DNA of 63,200 bases, counting the filler, from Collodictyon triciliatum (Eukaryota), in the NCBI GenBank assembly GCA_043381765.1. It is 20 parts of 20 records of this genome, joined end to end, with 100 filler letters (N's around TTAATTAATTAA, not from the genome) between each part and the next. Parts side by side here need not be neighbours in the genome. Positions count along the whole stretch, not along the records: positions 48,939 to 52,096 come from JBHJMP010007707.1; positions 52,197 to 55,353 come from JBHJMP010007708.1; positions 55,454 to 58,610 come from JBHJMP010007709.1; positions 58,711 to 61,867 come from JBHJMP010007710.1; positions 61,968 to 63,200 come from JBHJMP010007720.1; 15 more parts are not named here. One strand, 5' to 3'. Of the stretch, positions 51,952 through 63,200 are shown piece after piece. The stretch's first letter is position 1. Each line of letters opens with the position of its first letter. The notes below the pieces were generated by a model. The model was not told where the DNA came from and did not search any database. It was given only the letters and a program-made list of their open reading frames with translations. The position numbers were made by a program, and so were the translations under genes.

Positions 51952-53002
51952 GTTTGTATTTTCTCCACTGGAGATACCTTATTGTTTTGAATAAACAAAA
52001 AAACCAAACAAAAAAACCAAACAAAAAAACCAAACAAAAAAACCAAACAAAAAAACCAAACAAAAAAACCAAACAAAAAAACCAAACAAAACTAACNNNN
52101 NNNNNNNNNNNNNNNNNNNNNNNNNNNNNNNNNNNNNNNNTTAATTAATTAANNNNNNNNNNNNNNNNNNNNNNNNNNNNNNNNNNNNNNNNNNNNTATG
52201 TATGTATGTATGTCACGAAATATTTGTCCAAGTGCTCTTAATAAGTAAAAACAAACCATACATAAAAACGACATGGCATTTGTTGGCGGAGAAGCGTCAC
52301 CCATTCTTAACGCTGCTTGCTTGATACAAACATGATTAGTTTACAGTGCGAGCTCTTTCTTCTTGTTTATTTACCAACCCTCTCAATCGCAATAGAGCAC
52401 CTTTGAGAACCAGCACAGGCACAGAAAGTGCTGCAGGTATTCCTCGAGAGTGGTAGGACGCCCGACCCACGGAAGAGATCTTCGCCGTCGAGAGTGTTGT
52501 TCTTCGGCTTCGGGGAATTGCGAACCCAACGGAAACCAGAATGGATGAAGTCTTGGACAAAAATATCAGATTGAAAAAACCAAGTGACAGATTCTATCCA
52601 CATTTGCATAAAGGATTTCATATGAAAATTATACAAAAATGGAAATAATTCAGAAGGAGTTAAACAAATGTGGGATATATATCATACCAACTTTCTAACC
52701 ACTTGGATGCAGTATTAATTTCATACAGATGATGCAATAAATGTACTTACACAATTTCCACCAATTCAATAATTTTCAGCATAAACAGACTAAACCCAGT
52801 AGCTTAAGTGGATATGTGGCAGATGGATTATTTTGCCTGCGTTTTTTCTTTTCCTTTTTCGGCAATTCGTTTCTTTATTATTGTTATAATGCAAACTCAA
52901 TAGCTAATAATATACTGAAAAGCCTCCAACACTGTCCAACACACACACACACCAAAGAAAAAACCCAATGAACAAACCCTTAAACCCCACCCACGCACAC
53001 AG

Positions 53003-55273
53003 AATCTGCAGCCACGCCCACCCTCCGGTCCGACGGCTCTGTGCTATCCTCTGCTTCTGCTTCGCTCGTCTGCCCCGCCTCAGAATGCGCTGCTATTGCG
53101 CGACTTGAACACGTCCTTTCCGATGGGTAAGTGCAGTGACCTTTTCCTTTTCCTTTTCCTTTTCCTTTTCCCATTCCTTTTCCTTTTTATTTATCTTTTT
53201 AATTCAAATTTCCTTTTATTATTTGTTCGTCATCATCTCATTACTAATATTTTTGTAGTCCGTTTGCCCTTCTAATCAGTTTAATAATGCTTCTGCATTG
53301 ATATCTGAATTACATGAAATTATTCATATTTATGCTTTCCTTTCTGCATGTCGATCAATCGCGTCAATAAAATACAATTTCAGAAGTTTCATACCGTTGT
53401 GATTAACACCGAATCGCTCATACGCATGCAATCTTAGCCGGTTACTTTATTAACTGCGCATCAACGCTCAGCCGACGCTTTATGCTTCAATTTAGCTCCA
53501 CATTGTTTGGATTTCGTAATCGATAATCCTGTTAAACACTATCAAAAAACGCATAAACCAATAAATATGACCAATTATCTACAATTTATGATTAAGTATC
53601 TGTAATTCAAACGTTTATTCATAGTAGGTTTTATTTGGATAATGATTAGTCGTTTCAATTGTGTACGGTTTCAAAGGACGTAATGCTGCTTTGGGATATA
53701 CCATGAACCCCAGACACACGTTTGTTATGATTAATTATGTTATGTTATATTATATTATATTATGAACATTGTCCCATTTTCTCATGTTCATTTAGAGTAT
53801 TCTCATAGAAAATACAGTATCATCCAACAATTTGATATCTCTTCTATCATTATTATTGGTATTGTTTTTATTGTTTACAAAGTTTATACACAATCGCATC
53901 CCATTTCACGGGATAGTGGTGATGCATCCTTCATAACATTCGACCCAACCGGAACCTTTGTCGGACTGGCCGCTGATAATACATATGTCATCTTTCAAGT
54001 TTCGGTAGACCTTTCTTGTAAATTTATTTTAAAAAAAAAATTGATTTATTTATCCGTCAGAAAATTCTTTTTTATTGGTATTGAAATCCTTGTTATATGT
54101 TTCTTATTTCAAAACTTAGGGAGTGAAAAGTCTTTATCTGTCTATATCTCGCTACCAATCAATCTGATTCATATTTTTAGACAAACAAGCATGTTATCCC
54201 TCTCGAAGGGTCATGAACGAATAATCACACGTGCTGTGTTTGGTGGCAAAAAGGACGAGTTTCTAGTGACCTGCAGCGAAGATAGAAGTTTCAAAGTATG
54301 GAATCTCCTTCAGAAACAATTTGTTTACCAAAGTGGTATTCTGTCCACATCGCCGTTGTTGTCCTTGGCTATTTACCCAGACAATGAGCGATTTGTGGTG
54401 GGCTCGGCAGACGGAAAGGTTTCATATATACACTGAGTTTTTCTGTTTGTTCTGTTATACTTCTTTCAGACTTGATTAATAATCATAATAATAATATTAT
54501 TATTCCTCTTTCAATATCCATTCTAGCTCTTTTATGTTTCGTACTTCTCTCTCTTTGGAGTAAATACCAATCAACTTAACCACAATCGTGCTTTAGAATA
54601 CAATTTTGTCAATATTCAAGTAGTTGGTATGGAGAATTCATAATGAAGGACTTTTGTTTTGTGCATCTAGCTCAGATTCTACAAGCTAGACCCAGCAACG
54701 GTCATGGAGGTCACTTTCTCTGTGAATTGAACTTACATGCATGGTTTTCAGCCAAGCTTTCCAAAGAAATGGACGACCAAGCGGACTCTGGGCCTGTCGT
54801 GATATCGAGCGTCCCTCCCTGGAAACAAAATGGCATAATCAATTCCTGCAGAGGAATATTTTCCCCCCAACCCCCGATGTGGACTGTCCCATTCTTTCCC
54901 TTCATTTCCTTCCTGTCGCTGCAGACCAAACACCACACCATAACGGCGAAGACGAAAGTATATTTGATGTTGACCAGACTTTGTAATGTTCATATATATG
55001 TATGTATGTGTGTGTATGTTCATATTTGAACTGGTCACAAATTCACTTTACATAAATGTTGTGTTCATTATTCCATCAAAATGCCACTTTCTTTCTGGTC
55101 TTTTTTTTTTAATGAGGTTTACTTCATCTTCCGCTCTAATGTATTTATCTTCTTTTATTTTCAGACAATGAGACTTAACCAAACTTAGAAACCAAAAACT
55201 GGTTGGAACAACCGTTGGTCTTGTTCAAGTAGATTCCGAAACACAAGAGCCAGAATGTGTACTAAATTTTTTC
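53003..55273 (+). pseudogene. WDR27-like WD40 gene fragment, apparently with two 1-nt frameshifts
   Basis: LVTCSEDRSFKVWNLLQKQFVYQSGILSTSPLLSL..FVVGSADGK resembles WDR27 ISASEDRGFKVWD..IYSSSVLSAYPLLSL..LVTGCADG. Frame breaks at 54208-54210 and 54691-54693. Confidence 0.6.
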
Positions 55274-55453
55274 GTTTCTTTGGGAACATATGCATTATGT
55301 CCATAATATATTTTACTTTTTCTTTAAATAAAAGGTAAAGGAAGGAAGGACGGNNNNNNNNNNNNNNNNNNNNNNNNNNNNNNNNNNNNNNNNNNNNTTA
55401 ATTAATTAANNNNNNNNNNNNNNNNNNNNNNNNNNNNNNNNNNNNNNNNNNNN

Positions 55454-55760
55454 TGCTTTGCGTAAGTATATGCGCGCTATCCATATAGTCCTAGCAAATG
55501 GCCTCGCGTCACTGCCCAGAATGTTTTTGCATCTGGATGCAGCTGTTGCAGAGGCCCAAATATCGCCTGGATTGGGCCAACAGCCGCAGCCGTCTTGAGT
55601 GTCAGTCGAAGAATCTCACTGGCTGTTTCGCGCATGTTTTGAGTGAAGGGACATTACACAAATGTGTGCTCAATGGATTCATCACCGTTGCTGCAAAGTG
55701 TGCATTGTTGGGAGACTTTGCCAGCTTTTGTTTACACGCATGTCGAGAAGGTCAGATTCA
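55454..55760 (-). mobile_element. L1-like LINE ORF2 zf-RVT fragment, close to the 41531-42322 copy
   Basis: QQCTLCSNGDESIEHTFV*CPF..PIQAIFGPLQQLHPDAKTFWAVTRGHLL. High nucleotide similarity to 41875-42150. Confidence 0.85.
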
Positions 55761-56120
55761 TTAAGACAGTGTTTATGGCCTGATTGGCAGAATGGGCTGT
55801 TGGAAGAGTATATAAATACTATCAGGGCTGACTGCAGCGTTTTTAGGCAGAGCCGAACACCGCACAGTGTCGCCACGGATATATTGGCCAGTTGTATCCC
55901 GGTGCGTATGGTTTTGCTTCTTGGCATCTTCGTGGGTAGAGGTTTGTTGTTGGAGTTGAAGGGTTGAAGGGTCATATAAGGAAAGAGAATAAAAAAAAAA
56001 AAAAAGGAAAGGGGGAGGCTGGCCGATTTCTAGCAGAAAGAGTATATCATCACATAGCAAAAAGAAAGCGAATAGCAAAGAGGGAAATAATGTATGAAAC
56101 GATTGGATATCGTGGGCAGC

Positions 56121-57720
56121 TCAGACATTCGAGACGGAAACGTCCTTTCTGTTGAGATCGTAAGTTACGGTCTTTTGGGCACTGGCCCGACGCGTGTGGC
56201 TCGTGTTTGGAGACTGGTTATTTTGCTGTACCACAGCAGACGGCGCATCTTCTTTATAACTGCGTGGTGAAAGCGACCCATTGCGAGGCTGAATCCGCAC
56301 CCCAAGACTCCAATCAGACTTCTCCTGTGATGCATGAATGGAGCCAAGTAGTGGTCTCCAAACAAGTATCTTGATGTGTATGGAATGGCATGTTAGAGTT
56401 TAAAGGTAGAGAAAGGCAGAAAAAGCGAGAAAAGGGAAAAGAGAGGGGAGGAAATGTACGCACCGCTAAAGAGGCATGCACAATCAGTCCGTCGAGAATG
56501 CCGGACACATCGAGCAGAAGCTGCTGAATGTGTGGGTATCCGTAGATATAGACTGTGGAGACTGCCCATATGCTGCTGGAGGCCGGCACGAGGACAAGGG
56601 CGAGAGTGAGGAAGTGGCGAATGGTGCGACTAAGGCGCTTGTTTCGGGCGACGGAAACCGCCTCGTCGCAGGTGCGCTGTGTCATAACTAGCCATACTAT
56701 GCTGAGAGCAGACCGCATAATACCCAAGGCGAAGGGGACAGTGCATTCCTGGCTCTTGGGATCCTGGAAGTCTGTCCAGACGCTCCATTCAGACTCAGAC
56801 TTGATCCACGGCGCAATGGCAAGGCCCAATCCGGCAACCCAAGGCACGCATGAGATGCCAGCAGAATATGCCACGATTTCGCGGTTAGTTCTATAATGAT
56901 AGTAGTGGTGGGTATTACGAACCATTAGATGGCTAAGAAAAAGTAAAAGTGAATTGATAACAAGAGCTCTGTGTGCTTTCATATAAGAATGTGTGTGTGT
57001 GTATGTGTGTGTATGTGTGTGTGTATGTGTGTGTGTGTGTGTGTTAGAATGGTTATATGTGGTAGTGTTCACGTAGGTAAGAATGACATATGGATAAATT
57101 CATAAGTACGAAGGGGGAGGGTACCTTTCATTTGTGATACTGTCGAATAAAACATATATCAGAGCAAGAAACAGGGTGTGTGTCATAATGTGTGGTACCG
57201 CGTAAAGCATGCACCAAGTTGAATTGTTGTGGAAGACGTGCAGATCCGATGTGATTGTATCTTTGTACAACCGAATAAGAATCACGCTCTGTGAGTAGTA
57301 TGCAAGAATAAGTGACCAAATCTAGTGCATGAAGAACATATTCATGAATGTGTGAGACATCTGAAGAAAATGGAGAAAGCATTCATTATAAGACAAGTTG
57401 AATCGGACTTATAGGCCATGAAAAGGAGTCTTTTGTTAGTTTACAAAAGCGAACAAAAAAGGGTGACGCGGGAAAATAATTAAGACACCAAGGTGTCTTG
57501 TTTGCCTATATCAAAAGAGTCTGCGACAAACCATCCACATGCTGCCACTCAGAGAGAGAAGGGACCTTGCAGCCCAAAGAGGATTAAACTCCATTTTTCG
57601 GAGTCTAAACAAAGTTGGTATCAAAAAGGCAGACAAGAGTAGAACACTGGCTATCGCAGTGATCTGCAGCCAAAGGAGCGTGTCAGAAACAATGTCCATG
57701 CTGTTATAGTGGTTTGCCAT
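56121..57720 (-). CDS. Multi-exon ~7-TM protein resembling the plant Cand1-type (At1g57680) candidate-GPCR family
   Basis: EFNPLWAARSLL..CTVPF..VSVARNKRLSRTI..SLAILVWRPL. ATG at 57720, TGA at 56121. Middle exons uncertain; family match from memory. Confidence 0.6.
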
Positions 57721-59000
57721 TCATCACTTGTCTTGTCCAAAGCTTGTTTTCCTTTATGCGACTTCGATCAGATTCGAGAAGTTACCCACAAAGTATAAAC
57801 TTCTGAATGAAACAGCTGCTGCTAAAAAAAAAAAGGCGCGGGTTAAGTAGATGCGTTGGTTTACATACAAGCTGTGGAAAGAGACAAAGATATAGAGAAA
57901 AAAACATAAAAATATTTATATTTATGTCCAGCATATAGGCAGAGTGGCACTGGGAGTGGTAGTTATGACCGAATGCAAGAAGGATGCGTTACTCCAGATA
58001 TTCGGTGATATGAATGATCTTCTTTCAGTATTCTCTTTTTTCTTTATTTTTTCTTTATTTTTTCTTTATTTTTTCTTTATTTTTTCTTTATTTTCTTTCT
58101 TTTCTTTCAATTTGATTATTTATTCGTTTTTTTCTTTCTTTTTTGTTTCTTGTTTTTTGATTTCTTATCACGATTGTCACATTCCATTCCCAAACGACGA
58201 CAGCCCCACCTATTGGAAAGCAAGGGTTTTTGGGCAAAGCCTACTGTGCGCTTGAATCTTGGCTGCAGGCGACCGTGTTTATTTTGATCGGTCAGTTAAG
58301 CCTGTTCGAGTTTCTCTGGGGAAATAGCAATGATCTTTCCTACCTTTGCTGAATATTATTCCTACAATTTTCTTAAATAATTCTTATGTTTTATGCTTTT
58401 TTCTTGTTTTACGTTCTTTCTTATTTTATGCTTTTTTCTTGTTTTATGTTCTTTCTTGTTTTATGTTTTTTCTTGTTTTATGTTTTTTCTTGTTTTATGT
58501 TTTTTCTTGTTTTATGTTTTTTCTTGTTTTATGTTTTTTCTTGTTTTATGTTTTTTTTCTTGTTTTATGTTTTTTTCTTGTTTTATGTTTTTTTTTCTTG
58601 TTTTTTGTTTNNNNNNNNNNNNNNNNNNNNNNNNNNNNNNNNNNNNNNNNNNNNTTAATTAATTAANNNNNNNNNNNNNNNNNNNNNNNNNNNNNNNNNN
58701 NNNNNNNNNNTATCATTATTATCATTATTATCATTATTATCATTATTATCATTATTATCATTATTATCATTATTATCATTATTATCATTATTGTTATTGT
58801 TATCATTATTATCATTATTATCATTATTATCATTATTATCATTATTATTATTGTTTCTGTTTCTGTTTCTGTTTCTGTTTCTGTTTCTGTTTCTGTTTCT
58901 GTTTCTGTTTTTTTTTTCGTAGCTTACATGATACTTAGAATACTTCTATGTATATCTGTTATCAAATTTTGTTTAAATGAAAAAGAAAAAATACACATAG

Positions 59001-61388
59001 GTAATGGTGTAGCCTTTGTGATGGTTCAAAGGTTCCAATATCCTTTACGTGCTGATATACCAGTGCTTAAAGCAGCTCCTCGAACTTACATGTTTACTTG
59101 TCCTGGCCAAGTCTTTTACGGAATCATCTTGCCAGAATCAGTCACACAGGACCAGGTGTTTTCCTTTGAAGAGCTACTAGGGAGTGAAGCTGACCTTCAC
59201 ATGGCTGAGTCTGCACCTGAAGAAGAAGAAGAAGTTACATGTACATCTTGCTTATAAAAGTCTATTTTTCTTTATTTCTATTTAGTCCTTCATCTGTTCT
59301 TTTTTTGACCTGCTATGTCGTGGATTTATCATCTCGAAGATCCGTCAGTTCCTCCAGCAATTCCAACTACACCTGCGAAATCTCCGCAAAGACAGCAGAG
59401 CAAAGATATTGATCCAAATGCTACAGACACAATTGGAACTGAGGAAAATGCTGCATCACAAATCGATGGTGAGGCCTCCGGGTCCAATACCGCGCTAAAA
59501 ATTATAAAAGTCGAGTCGAAAATCGAAATTTATTCCCAATTGACAACAAGAGGTTTATTGTCTGGTGCGCGATTAATTGGGAGTACGGTCAAAAAGTTTG
59601 TATTTTTCTCCAATTATAGTTTGTTTTATACCACTTGAACATGTATATCGTCGAGAAATATGAAAGACAGCTCTATGAATATAAATGGCACGCTTTATTA
59701 ATGATGAACATTATAATTATATTTTTTTATTTTACACACTACACAAAAAAAAAAAAAAAACTTAGAGGGGGAAAGTTTATTATATCCAAAGTTCCCCCAA
59801 ATCAAACGCCGACAAAGGTGTCCAAATACACTACTTCTATCATTCGTTTTGCAAAGTCTTCTTATGTAAATTCTATCAAAGGTATCGTGAGACGAAAAAT
59901 TATATTGATTAAGTATTTCAACTTCAAATAGGGGGAAAATGCCATCTGCGTTTATTTCCGCAACATATGCTTATCGTTTTATAATGAATAATTTTGTAAT
60001 TATAAACTTGTATCACTTACAGACAAGCTTAATACCGTGATTGAGACTGGCGTCGATATGGTTTCATCGACATTTAACTTTTCCCTCGCAAAGGCGCTCG
60101 CTGACACTGAATACGGAAAGAAGGTTTGCATCATTTTTTATTTTTTTCAATGGGTCAATATTTTCATTTGTGCACCCTTTTGCGCATATTTTATTCTAAG
60201 AATAGTACATTAGTCACAATTTGAGGTATTGTATGAGAAGGTAGTAGTCTTTTTCAACGATATCGATAACATTGTATTCTAATTAGATCGTTAATTATGA
60301 AAACCCTACTCTAAATGCTGCAAAATCTGCTGCTTCAACAACAATGACAGCAATTGGTAAGAGATGCTTCTGCATCCTAATTTACTAAAAAAAAATTTTT
60401 GTACCCATGTTCTATTTCGAAAATGACTATTTTTTTATTTTTCCATATTTTGTCCTTAATTCATTGTTATCGTTGCTGATAGATAACGTTTTACTGGCTG
60501 CATTTGAGGCAAGTAACATTATTCTAACAGATCTAGGGGACGCCACTTGTGATATTGTCGAACATCGGTAATTTATAATTATATACGATTAATATCCTCT
60601 CTGAAACTTTCTCGCTAATACAAAGAAATTATGAGATTATTACTGTGAGTAAATGTGGTATTATGATTAACATGCTTAGCAGCTAAATTATATTTTCTTC
60701 CCTACATGGAACATATTAATATTCAGGTATGGAAAAGAAGTAGGAGACACTAGTAAAGAAGTGTTTTCTTTGACCACTGATTTGGTTGAAGTGACTCGAA
60801 ATGCCTATCGCACAGGAGTTAGTTCCCTTGCTACTGCAATTGTTGGTGAAGAGTCTGACAATGTGAGCGTTTCCATCATCCATACGTGCTGATGAACTCA
60901 ATTTTTCTTAGCATCCGCTTCATATCTTGGAAATCTCTTTGCTTTTGTAATATGCGTGTGATTAATCTAACTCTCAACCAAATATTCATGTATCATTCCC
61001 TAAAATATTTCTAGTAATACTAAAAACATTGATTGCCATCGTTCATGTAATATACTGAGCAAAGAGTGAAGAACAAGAACAAGAGCAAGAGCAAGAACAG
61101 AAGCAGGAGGAGGCAGATAAGATTGCGATGAAGAGTGACGGAGATGAGAGTCCTAATGAAGATGCTTTTAACGATTCCACACAAATGGTTTGTACTGCGG
61201 ACTCAATTGATTCGCCCTCTTCAAATGACAAGCCAGTTGGAGATGAATCGAACGACACCCAGGTCTCCAGACAGAATGACGCCACTTCTACACCCAGTCT
61301 GGCCTCCGGAAGTAATGACACAGGACAAACGTTGAATGTCACGACGCACGCCCCAATGGAGATTTCTGAATCAGTCACCAAGGAATGA
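59001..61388 (+). CDS. Spartin / senescence-associated (ERD7-like) domain protein, 5'-partial
   Basis: QYPLRADIPVLKAAPRTYMF..FYGIILP..FEELL; RGLLSGARLIG..KGGKF..; AAFEASNIILTDLGDATCDIVEHRYGKEVG. Low-complexity tail ends in TGA at 61388. Confidence 0.85.
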
Positions 61389-61746
61389 TAAACTAGAAAT
61401 ACATTGGCATATGCACGTATGTGAAATGAAAAGTTAAATCAGGTCGAACTACCAGGCAAGAGGTAAGGTGTGTGCGTCATCATGTATTGAGAGGCTACGA
61501 AAAAGTCTATCTCGATTGTTATGCCAGAGTGGGAACACGAATTATTATTCTTTTTTGTTTTTTTCAAAATTTATTGAGAGAAAGCGAAGAAAATAGTAAA
61601 CCGCCTTCGCCTCAAGGACAAAGATGAGCTGTGGATAAGACAGTGGAAAACCCCCGGATTGTGTGGTTGGAGGTTTTGTGTTTTGGGTGGAAAGAGAAAG
61701 GAAAGAAAAAGAAAATAGAAAGGAGAGAAGTGTTCTCACACGCGAA

Positions 61747-61867
61747 CTATTTTACCCGAAGTGAATCAGCTCCAACGCGATTTCTGGTTGTATTCGAGAC
61801 TGACAGAAGAGCGGATAAAGTTGTCGGGTCGATGAAAGTACGCACATGGCAGTTACTTCTCAAATCG
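61747..61867. repeat. Unclassified dispersed repeat, copy 2 (runs off contig end)
   Basis: Near-identical to 12627-12747. Confidence 0.8.
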
Positions 61868-61989
61868 NNNNNNNNNNNNNNNNNNNNNNNNNNNNNNNNN
61901 NNNNNNNNNNNTTAATTAATTAANNNNNNNNNNNNNNNNNNNNNNNNNNNNNNNNNNNNNNNNNNNNTTGTTTTTGTTTTTGTTTTTGT

Positions 61990-62021
<32 letters not shown>

Positions 62022-63200
62022 ATGTTTATGTTTATGTTTATGTTTATGTTTATGTTTATGTTTATGTTTATGTTTATGTTTATGTTTATGTTTATGTTTA
62101 TGTTTATGTTTATGTTTTTGTTTTTGTTTTGCCCAGCGTGCCATAACACCCCTCGGTCGTCGGGTTGCGTTTTAGCTGTGAGACGGGGCGTCTTTCGTGG
62201 CAAAATGGTGTGACTGTTTCGATCGTCTGGATTCATCAAGCCTCAAATGCGTGGCGGTTACAACGGAGTGGAGTAACGTTTTCCATAAATAGTTATATTT
62301 ATAAATAAGTTGGATGGATTATATATACAAAAATGGAAAATATAGTAGGTGCAGGATTGAAACCCCACATAGCCTCTTATTATTCCGTTAAAATTATCGT
62401 GAAGCCTTTTATATTTTTTATGGTTCATTAGAATGGCATCAATCCATTATCGGAGAGAAAATGGACGGGTATTTCTTAAAGCAGCGCTGGGTCGATAAGT
62501 CCAAGACATATATTGGCGCATATGATTTTCATAGTACAATATAGTCATTTCATGTCGTTTATATTATGTTTTATTGATACAAGAAATTAAAATTGAATAA
62601 TTTTATTGCAATATATATATAAATTCCATAAGTACAAAGTCTTTTCCCGCCCTTCATTTTAATTTACCTTCGCTTTGTCCTTTTTCTATCATTTCGGTTT
62701 GTGCACTCATCTGCGAACGGCCCGACCTTGCTGCTCTGACTCCAAAGAATATCGTTTGCGGCCTCTGGAGGCAAAGGAAGCTGGAAAAAGAGATCGCGCT
62801 GAGGGAGATCCTGTCAAATACCATTTACATTATCAACCGTTTCATATGAAAGGGAGCAATATAAATGTAAATGGAGCAAAGTCTCTTTTGGTTATTCTCA
62901 GAGAGTTTGGATTCTTTGGGTTATTTTCTGAAGGAGCCAATACCTATCATATGTTTAGACTTTCTCATCGGCCTTTCTGAGGCGGGTCAAATAAAATACA
63001 AAAAACAAAGAGACATGAAATAAAGAATCTAAATACAAACGGAATGGTATGATGAAAGTTTTATTGAAAAAAAAATCAGGAAAAAGGAAGAGGAAAAAAA
63101 AAAAAACAAAGAAATAGGAAGCTTTGTGCGAATACATCTCGCTTCTTTCTCTGAAATCAGGCATGACCAACAAAAAAAACAAAAAAACAAAAAAAAACAA

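Noticed and set aside
57320-57360. In-frame TAG here (and TG|A at 10677/11061) suggesting stop-codon reassignment
   Set aside because: Both disappear with the correct acceptor or the intervening exon; TAA, TAG and TGA all terminate genes normally in this window.
62205-62275. Hammerhead-like TTGATGA-ATC..GAT-CGAAAC on the minus strand
   Set aside because: The core C3 is missing and stems I and III cannot be formed in register.

Overview
This window is not contiguous DNA. It is 20 unrelated, size-sorted contigs of about 3.16 kb, joined by artificial 100-nt spacers (44 N + TTAATTAATTAA + 44 N), so no gene-neighbourhood inference is valid across spacers. The DNA comes from an AT-rich, microsatellite-rich, intron-rich eukaryote, probably a protist, using the standard code. 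I spliced the genes by hand, so exon boundaries are unverified, and family calls rest on recalled motifs, not searches. Recognisable genes: a Cys-rich 93-aa repeat surface protein, an NHL-repeat protein, two paralogous intronless ~12-TM proteins, an NPHP3/TTC41-type NACHT-associated gene, a cNMP-binding-domain gene, an LRR gene, a PC-esterase/SGNH gene, MLH3, a MORC-family gene, a kinase C-terminus, EMC6, RanBP9/10, a WDR27-like gene, a 7-TM gene and a spartin/senescence-domain gene. Mobile and repetitive DNA includes L1-like LINE relics, a Ty3/gypsy gag-protease relic, a tRNA-derived head and several satellites. The three most interesting observations: (1) a MORC (GHKL-S5-CW) gene, invisible in the ORF track, whose ATPase motifs are all degenerate while the CW finger is intact; (2) an LRR gene with 15 consecutive, perfectly symmetric 69-nt one-repeat exons with hypervariable, aromatic-rich exposed residues; (3) two families of ultra-short (30-55 bp) retro-inserts with 11-16 bp TSDs, one of which is the extreme 3' tail of the L1-like element.
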